Positions 27,841-37,138 of a DNA stretch of 64,000 nt are shown in pieces. The stretch is taken from positions 96,001 to 160,000 of the forward strand of contig CAXXVS010000002.1 of NCBI GenBank assembly GCA_963674755.2, given 5' to 3'. The position numbers were made by a program, and so were the translations under genes. Source of the DNA: Desulfobacterales bacterium. GTDB lineage: Bacteria; Desulfobacterota; Desulfobacteria; Desulfobacterales; UBA5852. A model generated the notes under the pieces. It ran no database searches, had not been told where the DNA came from, and was given only the letters and a program-made list of their open reading frames with translations. The first letter of the stretch is position 1. The number at the start of each line of letters is the position of its first letter.

Positions 27841-28671
27841 CTAAATGTTGTGGATCAGGTAGCCGCCGTCCACCGGGATGGACACCCCTGTGACGAAACC
27901 GGAGGCTTTTTCGCTGGCCAGAAACAGGGTGGCCCCGGCCAGTTCCTCCGGGGCGCCGAAGCGCCCGAAAGGGGTGCGGGCGATGACCGCCTGCCCCCGG
28001 GGGGTGTAGTCCCCGGTCTCCTCGTCAACGAGCAGGGCCTTGTTCTGCTTACCCAGGAAAAAGCCCGGTGCGATAGCATTGACCCGGATCCCGTAGCGGG
28101 CAAATTCGTTGGCCGTGGCCTGGGTGAGGCTCAACACACCGGCCTTGGCCGCGTCGTAGCCCCAGACGCCCGACAAGGGGGTGTAGGACGTCATGGAGGT
28201 CAGATTGATGATGGATCCCCGGATGCCTTTGTCAATCCAAAAAGCCGCCACGACTTTGGTGGGGATCACCAGACCGGCCAGGAGATTGAGGCGCAGGATC
28301 TCCTCGAACTGGGCCGTGTCCGTGGCGATGAAGGGGCCTTTGCCGCGGTTGCCCCCCACGGCGTTGATCAGAATGCTGGGCGGCGTCCAGCGGGCGGCGG
28401 TGTCCCGCAAGGCCTGGGCAACCTTTTCTTCATCCCCCGTATCCACCTGGAAGCCCGCCAAGCGGTCGGCCCCACCGGTTTCAGCGGTCAATTGTTCCAG
28501 GGCCCGATCGAGGGATTCCCGGGTGCGGCTCCAAACGGCCACATTGGCACCGGCCTTCAACAGGGCGCCGGCCATGACCGTGCCGATAACGCCGGCCCCG
28601 CCGGCCACGATGGCCGTGCGTCCTTCCAGAAGGAAGAGCTGTTCTAACCAATTTGATGCAGGATTTGACAT
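27841..28671 (-). CDS. uxuB: SDR oxidoreductase, D-mannonate oxidoreductase (fructuronate reductase) type
   Basis: GGAGVIG, NAVGGN, YDAAK, IAPGFFLGKQNKALL, TPFGRFG..EEL.G, SGFVTG: the SDR-type UxuB pattern; adjacent to uxaE. Confidence 0.85.
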   Translation of the reverse strand: MSNPASNWLEQLFLLEGRTAIVAGGAGVIGTVMAGALLKAGANVAVWSRTRESLDRALEQLTAETGGADRLAGFQVDTGDEEKVAQALRDTAARWTPPSILINAVGGNRGKGPFIATDTAQFEEILRLNLLAGLVIPTKVVAAFWIDKGIRGSIINLTSMTSYTPLSGVWGYDAAKAGVLSLTQATANEFARYGIRVNAIAPGFFLGKQNKALLVDEETGDYTPRGQAVIARTPFGRFGAPEELAGATLFLASEKASGFVTGVSIPVDGGYLIHNI

Positions 28672-28687
28672 GAGGACCTCAATGGTT

Positions 28688-30244
28688 TCAGCGGCGTTTG
28701 AAAGGGGTCAAATGCCGGTCGAAATGCTTGGCGATAAGGGTTGTATAGAGAGACACGTTGGCGTCCAATACGGACCGCAAAGAGGGTCCCAGGTCCGGAT
28801 GGTTCAAGACCGATCCATAGGTGACATGCAGAATTTCCCGGGCATGAAAATTTTCCAACAGGTCGGGCAGGGCGGCCTCCGTCATGGCACTTGCCTGTGG
28901 CAGGGCGTCGATGCGGGCGGAGACATGGTAGCTGGCCCGGTCTTCCGGATAGCGCACCACCGCCAGGGCAAGGATGCGGCGGAAAAGATCGGGGTCGGTC
29001 ATGGCAACGGCCCGCAAGGCTTCCAGGTAGCTCGTACCGGCGGTTTTGAGATGCACCCGACCGCGGGTGTGTTCGGCTGCCAAGGGATAGATACGGAACT
29101 TGTCCGATCCGGAATGCAGGCTCAATTTGTAGGGTCCCAGGGCGCGCGCCACGGCGGCATGCTGCTTGAAAGAGGCTTCGAAGGCCGCCAGATCGCCGAT
29201 ATAGTCGACGCCCTTTTCGAACTCCCCCACATAGCGGGGCGCCAGGCTGACCCAGCGCACCCCCAGCCGTTGGAGTTCGGCGGCGATATAGATGTGCTCG
29301 GCCAGGCTGGTGACGGTATCGGTTTCATCCACGCTGACTTCGAGCTCGAAGGGTCTTGCCCCCATACGGGTTAGGAGATGGCGATACATACCTACGGTGT
29401 GGCCCACCACCCGGCCGTATTTGGCGGCGGCCCGCCATATCTGATGTTTCGTCAGTTGGCAAGGCGCACCGTCCAATTCCAGGGGCTTCCGGCAGAGGGC
29501 CTGCGCGAGATCGGCCGGCCGGCTTTCCAGGGCGTCCCAGGGCAGGGCCCGGACCAGGGCTTCGAGGTCGGTCTCGGCCGCAGTATCGGCCCGGGGGTCC
29601 ACGTGATCGCCGGGATCGATGGTGAAGAACGTGTAGCCGGCCTCCACAAAGGGGTCGAGAGCTTCGGGCGTCTTGAGGTGGTCCGCATCGGCCCCGAACC
29701 CTCTCCGCCAGCCGGTTTCGAACACCCCCCAGACGGCATCCGCCATCACGTCGGCCGGGGTGCGCCCGGTACGCTCATTTTCGCGCACCGACTGCTGGGC
29801 CAGAATGGGCGCCAGGCCGGCCCGGCGCACGGCCTGGATGTGGCCCGGCGTGGCCAGACCGAGGCGGTCGCCGCACCCGGCCGAGGTTTGCAGACCGAGC
29901 AGGGTCGGGTTGAGAAAGGCCAGGCGCTCCTGCAGGGCCGCAAGGTTGGCCGGGGACGTGGGCCCAACGGTGACGGTCAGGGACGGATCGCCGGCGGGGC
30001 GACGCTGCGCGCCCACGAAGTGTTCGGCGGCCCCCCCCGGTCGGCTGACCACCACGATCCGCCGGCCGGAATCCGTTGGGGCCAGGCCCACAAGGCCGTC
30101 GGGGGCGACGGCCAGGGAAGCGGGGTAGGGTGCCAAACCGCACAGCGCCGACAACGCTTCCTCCGCCAGCTGCTGGCGGGCCGCGCTGTTCAGATCGACA
30201 TCCGCATGGGGCTGGCTCAACAATTGCGCGATTCGGGATGTCAC
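28688..30244 (-). CDS. uxaE: tagaturonate/fructuronate epimerase
   Basis: GDRLGLATPGH, AQQSVRE, GADADHLK, EVSVDET, FEKGVDY, SLHSGSDKF, HLKTAGTSYLEALR, LHVTYGSVL. Confidence 0.95.
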   Translation of the reverse strand: MTSRIAQLLSQPHADVDLNSAARQQLAEEALSALCGLAPYPASLAVAPDGLVGLAPTDSGRRIVVVSRPGGAAEHFVGAQRRPAGDPSLTVTVGPTSPANLAALQERLAFLNPTLLGLQTSAGCGDRLGLATPGHIQAVRRAGLAPILAQQSVRENERTGRTPADVMADAVWGVFETGWRRGFGADADHLKTPEALDPFVEAGYTFFTIDPGDHVDPRADTAAETDLEALVRALPWDALESRPADLAQALCRKPLELDGAPCQLTKHQIWRAAAKYGRVVGHTVGMYRHLLTRMGARPFELEVSVDETDTVTSLAEHIYIAAELQRLGVRWVSLAPRYVGEFEKGVDYIGDLAAFEASFKQHAAVARALGPYKLSLHSGSDKFRIYPLAAEHTRGRVHLKTAGTSYLEALRAVAMTDPDLFRRILALAVVRYPEDRASYHVSARIDALPQASAMTEAALPDLLENFHAREILHVTYGSVLNHPDLGPSLRSVLDANVSLYTTLIAKHFDRHLTPFKRR

Positions 30245-30266
30245 GATCGATTCCTTTCAGCTATGG

Positions 30267-31601
30267 CTAGGGCATGAACATATTGGGCAGCCACATGGAT
30301 ATGGACGGGATATAGGTGATGGCCAGGAGTGTAATGAACATGAAAAGATAAAACGGCAGCAAGGGTTTTACCATGTCTTCGATGCGGATGCGCCCGATGG
30401 CGCAGCCCACGAAAAGGGTCGAACCCACCGGGGGCGTGAGCAGCCCCATGCCCAGGTTGAGCATCATGACGATGCCGAACTGGTGCGGGTCCATGCCGAA
30501 GTTGGCCACCACCGGCAGGAGAATCGGCGTGGTGATCAGGATCAGGGGGGCCATGTCCATGATCATGCCCAGCCCCAGCAGGATGACATTAATAATCAGG
30601 AAGACGATGTAGCGGTTGTCGGTCAGATTGATCAGGGCGTCGGTTACGAGCTGGGGGATGCTCAGACGGGTCATCATGTAGCCGTAGGCGCTGGAGGTGG
30701 TGATCAGGGCGGCCACGATGGCCAGGGTCTTGAGGGATTCGAAAAGCACCACCCTGAGGTTGCCCCAACCCAGTTCGCGGTAGACGAAGGCCGTGATGAT
30801 AAAGGCATAGGCTACCGCAATGGCGGCGGATTCGGTGGCCGTGAAGATACCCGAGACCACCCCCCCGATGATGATCACCGCTGTCAAGAGGCCCAGCAGG
30901 CCGTCCATGACACGGGCCACGCCTTCCCGGAAAGCCACCGGCTGACCTTTGGGGTAGTTGCGTCGCACCGCCAGAAAATAGGAGATGACCATCAGGGCCA
31001 GGCCCAGCAGGATACCCGGGGTGACGCCGGCCAGAAAAAGTTTGCCGATGGAAAGGGAAAACTGCTTGGAGATCCCGTCCACCGTTACGGTCACCCATCC
31101 GGCGGCCAGGGCGTAGATGATGACGTTGTGGCTGGGCGGGATGATGACGCCCTGGACCGAGGAGGAGATGGTGACGGCTACCGAGTAGTCATTGTCGTAG
31201 CCGGCCTTTTTCATCATGGGGATCATGATGGACCCGATGGAGGAGGTGTCGGCCACCGAGGAGCCGGAGATGCCGCCGAAGAGCATGGAGGCCATGATGT
31301 TCACCATGGCCAGCCCCCCCCGGATTTTACCCACCAGCACGTCGGCCATGGCGATCATCTTCTGGGAGATGCCCCCCACCCCCATGAGCTGGCCGGCCAG
31401 GATGAAGAAAGGGATGGCCATCAGCGAAAAGGAGTCCAGCCCCTTGGCCATCTGCTGCAGAACCACCATCAGGGGCAGATCCAGATACCAGCCCGTGAGC
31501 ACCGAGGCGGTCCCCAGGGCGAAGGCCACCGGCACCCGTACCGCCAGCAGGACGAAGAAAGTGCCCACCAGAAGGGTTATGCCCAGAACATCGGCTTCCA
31601 T
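30267..31601 (-). CDS. TRAP transporter large permease DctM
   Basis: AIPFFILAG, FGGISGSSVAD, IIPPS, TATES, TPPVG. Confidence 0.95.
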   Translation of the reverse strand: MEADVLGITLLVGTFFVLLAVRVPVAFALGTASVLTGWYLDLPLMVVLQQMAKGLDSFSLMAIPFFILAGQLMGVGGISQKMIAMADVLVGKIRGGLAMVNIMASMLFGGISGSSVADTSSIGSIMIPMMKKAGYDNDYSVAVTISSSVQGVIIPPSHNVIIYALAAGWVTVTVDGISKQFSLSIGKLFLAGVTPGILLGLALMVISYFLAVRRNYPKGQPVAFREGVARVMDGLLGLLTAVIIIGGVVSGIFTATESAAIAVAYAFIITAFVYRELGWGNLRVVLFESLKTLAIVAALITTSSAYGYMMTRLSIPQLVTDALINLTDNRYIVFLIINVILLGLGMIMDMAPLILITTPILLPVVANFGMDPHQFGIVMMLNLGMGLLTPPVGSTLFVGCAIGRIRIEDMVKPLLPFYLFMFITLLAITYIPSISMWLPNMFMP

Positions 31602-31610
31602 GACCGTCCT

Positions 31611-32129
31611 TTAGGTTTGGCCGCTGGGCGGCTGCTGTTCGAGAAAAGTGCCATAGGGCACCCAGAAAAGCTCCATGGCATTGAAGATCAGGAGGACACC
31701 GGAAATCGGGATGACGGCGTACTCCACGGCGCTGGGCAGCTTGGTGGCCGGCAGGGTGGACATGGACGTGAATTCCACCAGTTCCAGTCCGTTGACGATC
31801 ATCACCAATCCGAACCCGGCGATCAGCAGGTAGATCAGGCGGGAAACCACATACTGGCCCTTCAACGGAAACAGATTGAAAAGATATTCGATGCCGATGT
31901 GCAGGTGCAGCTTGACGCCGATGGGAATGCTGAGGATGCCGAACCAGATCATCAGCAAGATGGCGATCTCTTCGGTCCAGGAAGGGGAGTCGTTGAAGAC
32001 GAAGCGCATGACCACCTGGTAGCAGATGATGACCACCATGGCGAGCAGCATGCCCATGGAGAGCAACTCCAACGTCTTCTCCACGGCGGCAAATCCTTTT
32101 TTGACGACGGTCAGGATGGCGTGCAGCAT
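31611..32129 (-). CDS. TRAP transporter small permease DctQ
   Basis: QVVMRFVFN..SWTEE, four TM segments. Confidence 0.92.
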   Translation of the reverse strand: MLHAILTVVKKGFAAVEKTLELLSMGMLLAMVVIICYQVVMRFVFNDSPSWTEEIAILLMIWFGILSIPIGVKLHLHIGIEYLFNLFPLKGQYVVSRLIYLLIAGFGLVMIVNGLELVEFTSMSTLPATKLPSAVEYAVIPISGVLLIFNAMELFWVPYGTFLEQQPPSGQT

Positions 32130-32201
32130 GGCCGTTCCAGTGGCCGGCGGCGTCCGTGGGGCAGGCGGTCCGCCGCCGGCATTGTTGGATTGTGTGTTGG
32201 G

Positions 32202-33188
32202 TTACTGCTGGGAACGGATTTCGTCGATCAGGGCTTTGTGCTTCTTGCCGTAAGTGTCGTAAAGAGGCTGCACGGCCTGAACGAACCCTTCACGGGCCTC
32301 GGGCGTCAGTTCGGTGATGACATTGCCGTTGGCGATGACCTTCTTTTTGGAGGCCTCGACGCGTTCGAGCCACTTCTGGATGACGAACTCCTGGGAGTCC
32401 TTGGCGGCCTGCTGGACCAGGGCGATCTGCTCCGGGGTCAGCTTCTTGTCGAAGGCGATCTTGGAAGCCACCAAAATTTCCGGCACGCGGGTGTGCATGT
32501 CCAGGGTGTAGTATTTGGCGACCTCGTAGTGACCGGTGGACTCGTAGGAAGGCCAGTTGTTTTCGGCCCCGTCGATGACCCCCTTGCTGATGGCGTCGTA
32601 CACCTCGCCGAAGGCAATGGGCGTGGCGTTGGCGCCCATGGTGTTGACGAGATCGATCATCAGCTTGCTTTTCTGAACCCGGATTTTGAGCCCTTTGAGA
32701 TCGTCGACGGTTTTGATCTCGCGTTTGGAATTGTAAAAGGAGCGGGCCCCGGATTCGTAATAGGCCAGACCGTAGAATTTGTAGTTTTCAACATCCTTGA
32801 GCAGTTTCTGGCCGGTGGGGCCGTTGAGCACCTTCCACATGTGGTCCCGGCTGGCCCAGATGTAGGGCAGGCCGAAGGCTTCCAGCGAGGGAACGAATTC
32901 GGTCACGGGCGAGATGCTGATGCGGGCCATGTCCAATGCGCCGAACTGGACCTGCTCGACCACTTCCTTCTCTCCCTTGCCCAATTGTCCGCCGTACTTG
33001 ACATCGAGCACGATCTGTCCGCCGGAGCGCTCCTTGACGAGATCGGCGAGTTTGAACAGGCCCTGGGTGGTGGGATAGTCCTGGGGATGAATTTCGGCCA
33101 CCGTCAAGGTGACGGTTTTGGCATAGGCGCCGAACGGCACAAGCAGCAATAACGCTAAAACGAATGCAACAAACCCTCTTTTCTTCAT
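32202..33188 (-). CDS. TRAP solute-binding protein DctP (probably uronate)
   Basis: Signal peptide, GARSFYN, DLKGLKIRV, DGAENN; GGAGG RBS before ATG 33188. Confidence 0.93.
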   Translation of the reverse strand: MKKRGFVAFVLALLLLVPFGAYAKTVTLTVAEIHPQDYPTTQGLFKLADLVKERSGGQIVLDVKYGGQLGKGEKEVVEQVQFGALDMARISISPVTEFVPSLEAFGLPYIWASRDHMWKVLNGPTGQKLLKDVENYKFYGLAYYESGARSFYNSKREIKTVDDLKGLKIRVQKSKLMIDLVNTMGANATPIAFGEVYDAISKGVIDGAENNWPSYESTGHYEVAKYYTLDMHTRVPEILVASKIAFDKKLTPEQIALVQQAAKDSQEFVIQKWLERVEASKKKVIANGNVITELTPEAREGFVQAVQPLYDTYGKKHKALIDEIRSQQ

Positions 33189-33335
33189 GTCAACCTCCCC
33201 CACGTTTGAGTTGGTGCGGTGCAATGGGACACTTTCCCAAGCGTCCTTATGAATTGACATCAACAGGTGCGGCATCCCGTAGAATGCAGAGAATCGACAG
33301 GGTTGCGGCAAAATGGTGTGCGCCAGCTTTTCAAT

Positions 33336-33362
33336 GACTTAATTCAATGACTAAATAAAGTC
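33336..33362. promoter_or_regulatory. candidate ROK-family operator
   Basis: GACTTAATT-N9-AATAAAGTC imperfect inverted repeat in the AT-rich divergent promoter region next to a ROK gene. Confidence 0.55.
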
Positions 33363-33507
33363 GATGGAAATGCCATAATATACTGAATTCCGTTTGTCAA
33401 TTATTTTTAGAAATATCTTTGAATGAGAGTGAACGCTATATAACAAATTAAAATAAAAGAAAAATATCATTTTTAAGCGCGGTGGGATGGCGATCAAAAT
33501 ATTTAAG

Positions 33508-33557
33508 TTGACTTACAAATGGATGCTCTTTATATAATTTCAGTTACCGAAATAAGT
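33508..33557 (+). promoter_or_regulatory. promoter of the ROK gene with a second ROK-like box
   Basis: TTGACT at 33508, TATAAT at 33533, overlapping ATAATTTC-N7-GAAATAAG (NagC/Mlc-like). Confidence 0.5.
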
Positions 33558-33593
33558 TTGTTTTTTTATGCTGAAAACAAGGCTTTTGATATT

Positions 33594-34805
33594 ATGACAG
33601 CCGCCAATCGCGATTTAATTCGTGCCATCAATCGGTTCAACATCCTGAATGCAATCCGTTCCGACGGCCGTCTTTCCCGGACCGACATTGCCCGGCATAC
33701 CGGCCTGAGCCAGGCCTCGGTCACGGGCATCACCGCCGAATTGATCGAAGAGGGATTGTTAAAAGAAACCGCCATGGGGGCTTCCGAGGGGGGGCGGCGG
33801 CCGGTCCTGCTGGCCCTCGATCCCGCCGGCGCCGGTGCGTTGGGCGTCTATCTGTCCATATCCCAGATCAGCGTCGTCATTATTGATTTCGAGGCCACTG
33901 TCAAAGCCGCCTACCATATGCCGTTGGAAAAGCCGTATTACGCTCCGAAAGAACTGGTGGAAAAAACCGTCCAGGCCATCCAGGCCTGCATGTGGGAGGG
34001 CAATTTTTCCAAAGACCGCATTGCCGGAGTGGGGGTGGCCGTTCCGGGGTTGGTGGATTCCCAGACCGGCAAGGTGCGCTTCCTGCCCAATTATCAATGG
34101 TCGGAAGTCCATCTGCGGGATATGCTGCAGTCCGAAATCGACCATCCCACCTACATCGATAACAGCGCCAACACCCTGACCATTTCCGAACAATGGTTCG
34201 GCGAGGGGCGCGGCCTCGATAATTTCGCTCTGATCACCCTGGAGCATGGCATCGGCATGGGGCTGGTCATCAACGGTCAGCTTTTCAGGGGCGACAAGGG
34301 GATTGCCGGCGAAGTGGGACATTTGACCATCGACCCCCGGGGGCCTGTCTGCCGCTGCGGGCGTCGCGGCTGCCTGGAAGCGTTGGCGGGCAACTACGCC
34401 ATCCTGCGCGACGCCTGCCAGGCTGCGCAGGATGGGCTCTGGTCGCCGCCGGATCCTGACCATATCGCCATCGAAACGGTACTGGCCGCCGCCCAGGCCG
34501 GCGAGCCGGTCTTACGGCGAATTTATGCCGAAGCGGGCCGGGTACTGGGGACGGCGGTGGCCAACCTGGCCAAAATCCTGAACCCGGGTAAGATTTTCGT
34601 TTCCGGCCGCGGCACAGCGGCCGGCGCCATGCTGTTCGACTCGATGTTCGCCATAATGCCGGATACCATTTCCGACAAGCTGGAAAGCGATCCGGAGGTG
34701 ATCGTCAAGCCCTGGGGCGAGACCGATTATGCCCGGGGGGCCGGCGTGCTCGTTCTCCAGGAAATCTACAAACATCCGGTCAGCCGCATGATGCCGCTGA
34801 TCTAA
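33594..34805 (+). CDS. ROK-family transcriptional repressor
   Basis: N-terminal HTH (SRTDIARHTGLS), GGRRP linker, AGEVGH..CRCGRRGCLE. Confidence 0.94.
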   Translation: MTAANRDLIRAINRFNILNAIRSDGRLSRTDIARHTGLSQASVTGITAELIEEGLLKETAMGASEGGRRPVLLALDPAGAGALGVYLSISQISVVIIDFEATVKAAYHMPLEKPYYAPKELVEKTVQAIQACMWEGNFSKDRIAGVGVAVPGLVDSQTGKVRFLPNYQWSEVHLRDMLQSEIDHPTYIDNSANTLTISEQWFGEGRGLDNFALITLEHGIGMGLVINGQLFRGDKGIAGEVGHLTIDPRGPVCRCGRRGCLEALAGNYAILRDACQAAQDGLWSPPDPDHIAIETVLAAAQAGEPVLRRIYAEAGRVLGTAVANLAKILNPGKIFVSGRGTAAGAMLFDSMFAIMPDTISDKLESDPEVIVKPWGETDYARGAGVLVLQEIYKHPVSRMMPLI

Positions 34806-34860
34806 GGTCTGGCGCGCCGGCGGTCTCCCTGCCGGACCGTGTCGACCCAACAGGGAGGTT

Positions 34861-35199
34861 ATGATGGGTATCCTCAAAGAAGCCGAAGTCAGACCGCAAC
34901 CGATCGCACCGGGCCGCACGCGCTATCTGGCCCATACCGACCAGCTGATGATGGTGGTGATCGATTTTAGCGACGGACCGTCCGAAGCACCCGATCCCCC
35001 TCATTCCCATCCCCACGAGCAGATTTCCTATGTGGTGTCCGGTGAAGTCCTCTTCTTTCTGGACGGCGTTCCCACCCGGCTCGGCCCCGGCGACATCTAC
35101 ACCGTGCCGCCGGACGTGCCCCATTCAATCCAATTGCTGACGCCCACCGTCCGCCTGGTGGACACGTTTCATCCATTGCGTGAGGATTTCCTGGCCTAA
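34861..35199 (+). CDS. kdgF: cupin, KdgF-like (ring opening of unsaturated uronates)
   Basis: HSHPHEQ..VPH cupin ligands, C-terminal DTFHPLREDFL; kdu/kdg context. Confidence 0.8.
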   Translation: MMGILKEAEVRPQPIAPGRTRYLAHTDQLMMVVIDFSDGPSEAPDPPHSHPHEQISYVVSGEVLFFLDGVPTRLGPGDIYTVPPDVPHSIQLLTPTVRLVDTFHPLREDFLA

Positions 35200-35259
35200 C
35201 CCGTCCTATTCGCAATGTCCCCATTCATCTCGTCGGGCGATGTTGCGAACACACGGAAG

Positions 35260-35327
35260 CAAAAGAAGACGCCCGTGTCGCACGACCCATGCGGGGCATA
35301 GGCGTCGTCGCGGGACAAAGGGAAATT
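35260..35327 (+). repeat. internally deleted copy of repeat family 2
   Basis: CAAAAGAAGACGCCCGTGTC...GCGGGACAAAGGGAAATT. Confidence 0.6.
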
Positions 35328-35625
35328 AGAAAACCAACGGCTTGGAATCGTTTTCAAACCGCTTTCAACGGAGCTATTGGGGACTTCCCGCAAAACGCGA
35401 GGGGCTCACCTGTCGCACATGGCCGGTCTGCCGTGACGGCCTCACCCTGCCTTTATTTCTACAATCAGGACGGCAAAGCCGGTCCCTCTGCGAACCCCAT
35501 TCTATCGACGGCTTTTTCCTTTACATGGTCACTCCCTTGTGCCGGCAAGCGTGAGGCGCATCACGATTTACTGGCGCTATAATTTTCTTGACAAGGGGCC
35601 GGTCCATCCCTTATCAGAAACCATT

Positions 35626-35647
35626 ATACGAAACGCAGTTTCATAAT
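35626..35647. promoter_or_regulatory. KdgR-like operator
   Basis: GAAAC-GCA-GTTTC core (35630-35642) upstream of the IclR gene; TTGACA at 35588. Confidence 0.65.
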
Positions 35648-35664
35648 ATGGAATATACGACCTT

Positions 35665-36480
35665 ATGCCGCCAACCACAGCCCATCCTGCCCCACGGCCC
35701 AAAAATATGGTGCAGGCCATCGAACGGGCCGCAGAAATTCTGGAGATCCTGGGCCGCTCGCCCCAGGGATTGAGCATCGGCGAGATCGCCGCCCAGTCGG
35801 GTCTGGCCAAGGGTACGGCCCACCGCTTGCTGGCCTCTCTCGCGCATTTTGATTACGTCCGGCAGGACGGCCGTACGCGGCACTATCAATTGGGATTCAA
35901 GCTGGTGGAGTTGGGCAATCGCCTGCTGAACAAGATCGATCTGCGGGATGACGCCCGTCCATTTCTCATGGCCCTGGCCGAAGAGGTGCAGGAAACCGTT
36001 CATCTGGTGGTGCGCGACCGCGATGAGGCCCTCTATATCGACAAGGTGGCCCTGCATCCCAAACGCTCGGGGTTGCAGATGGTCTCCCACATCGGTTCGC
36101 GAACCGCCCTGCACAGCTCGGCGGTGGGAAAAGTCCTGCTATCGGCCCTGTCCGAAGAAGACGTCGCCGAAATCATTGCGCGGCGTGGATTGTCCCGCCA
36201 CACCGACAAAACCATCACGGACCGCACCAAGCTCAAGGAGCACTTGGGCGAGGTACGACGAAAGGGCTTCGCCATCGACGACGAGGAAAACGAAAAGGGG
36301 ATCCGCTGCGTGGGAGCCCCCATTCGTGATGCGGTGGGCAGGGTCGTGGCCGCCGTGAGCGTTTCCGGACCGACGGCGCGGGTGACCAAGGCCCGGGTTT
36401 CCAAATCGCTGCAGCGGCAGGTTTGTGCCGCCGCCTTGACTATTTCCAGACAGCTCGGGTTTAGCGGGGAGATGTCATGA
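35665..36480 (+). CDS. IclR-family regulator, KdgR-like
   Basis: AIERAAEILE..GLAKGTAHRLL HTH, HSSAVGKVLL, DDEENEKGIRCVGAPI. Confidence 0.93.
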   Translation: MPPTTAHPAPRPKNMVQAIERAAEILEILGRSPQGLSIGEIAAQSGLAKGTAHRLLASLAHFDYVRQDGRTRHYQLGFKLVELGNRLLNKIDLRDDARPFLMALAEEVQETVHLVVRDRDEALYIDKVALHPKRSGLQMVSHIGSRTALHSSAVGKVLLSALSEEDVAEIIARRGLSRHTDKTITDRTKLKEHLGEVRRKGFAIDDEENEKGIRCVGAPIRDAVGRVVAAVSVSGPTARVTKARVSKSLQRQVCAAALTISRQLGFSGEMS

Positions 36481-37127
36481 ACACGTCCCTCAACGCCATA
36501 TTGGCCAGGCGGTTGATCCCGGTTGTGACGCTGGAGGATGCGGCAGTCGCCGATCCCCTGGCGGAGGCACTGGTGGCGGGAGGTCTGCCCGTGGCGGAGA
36601 TTACCCTGCGATCGCCGGCGGCCATCGAGGCCATAGCGGCCATGGCCCGCCGGGGGGATGTGATCGTCGGGGCCGGGACCGTGCTTACGGTCAGGCAGGT
36701 GCAACAGGCCCTGGAGGCGGGGGCCCAATTCATGGTGTCCCCGGGATTCAACCCGGAGATGGTCCGGTATTGTCTCGATTGGCAAATACCGGTTCTGCCC
36801 GGCGTCAGTACGCCCACCGAGATTCAAGCGGCCTTGCGCCACGGTGTCGACACCCTGAAGTTCTTTCCGGCCGAAGCCTTCGGCGGTTGCCGGACCCTCA
36901 AGGCGCTGGGCGCACCTTACCCCACAGTGCGGTTCGTTCCCACGGGCGGGATCACGGCCGACAACCTGGCCGGTTATCTGCAGCTTCCCCAGGTGGCGGC
37001 CTGCGGTGCCAGTTGGGTGGCTTCAGGCGATCTGGTGGCAGCGGGGCAGTTTGAAGCCATACGCGAACGGGTGGTCGCGGCCCTGAAGATCGTCGACGAG
37101 GTCGGCGTGGGGGCGGCCCCCTCATGA
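36477..37127 (+). CDS. eda: KDPG/KHG aldolase
   Basis: EITLR, VGAGTVL, VSPG, LKFFPA, VPTGGI. Confidence 0.96.
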   Translation: MNTSLNAILARRLIPVVTLEDAAVADPLAEALVAGGLPVAEITLRSPAAIEAIAAMARRGDVIVGAGTVLTVRQVQQALEAGAQFMVSPGFNPEMVRYCLDWQIPVLPGVSTPTEIQAALRHGVDTLKFFPAEAFGGCRTLKALGAPYPTVRFVPTGGITADNLAGYLQLPQVAACGASWVASGDLVAAGQFEAIRERVVAALKIVDEVGVGAAPS

Positions 37128-37138
37128 GGCGGAGTGCT

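Noticed and set aside
30483..33152. 889-aa plus-strand ORF
   Set aside because: Antisense shadow of the dctP/dctQ/dctM genes in high-GC DNA; no recognisable domain.
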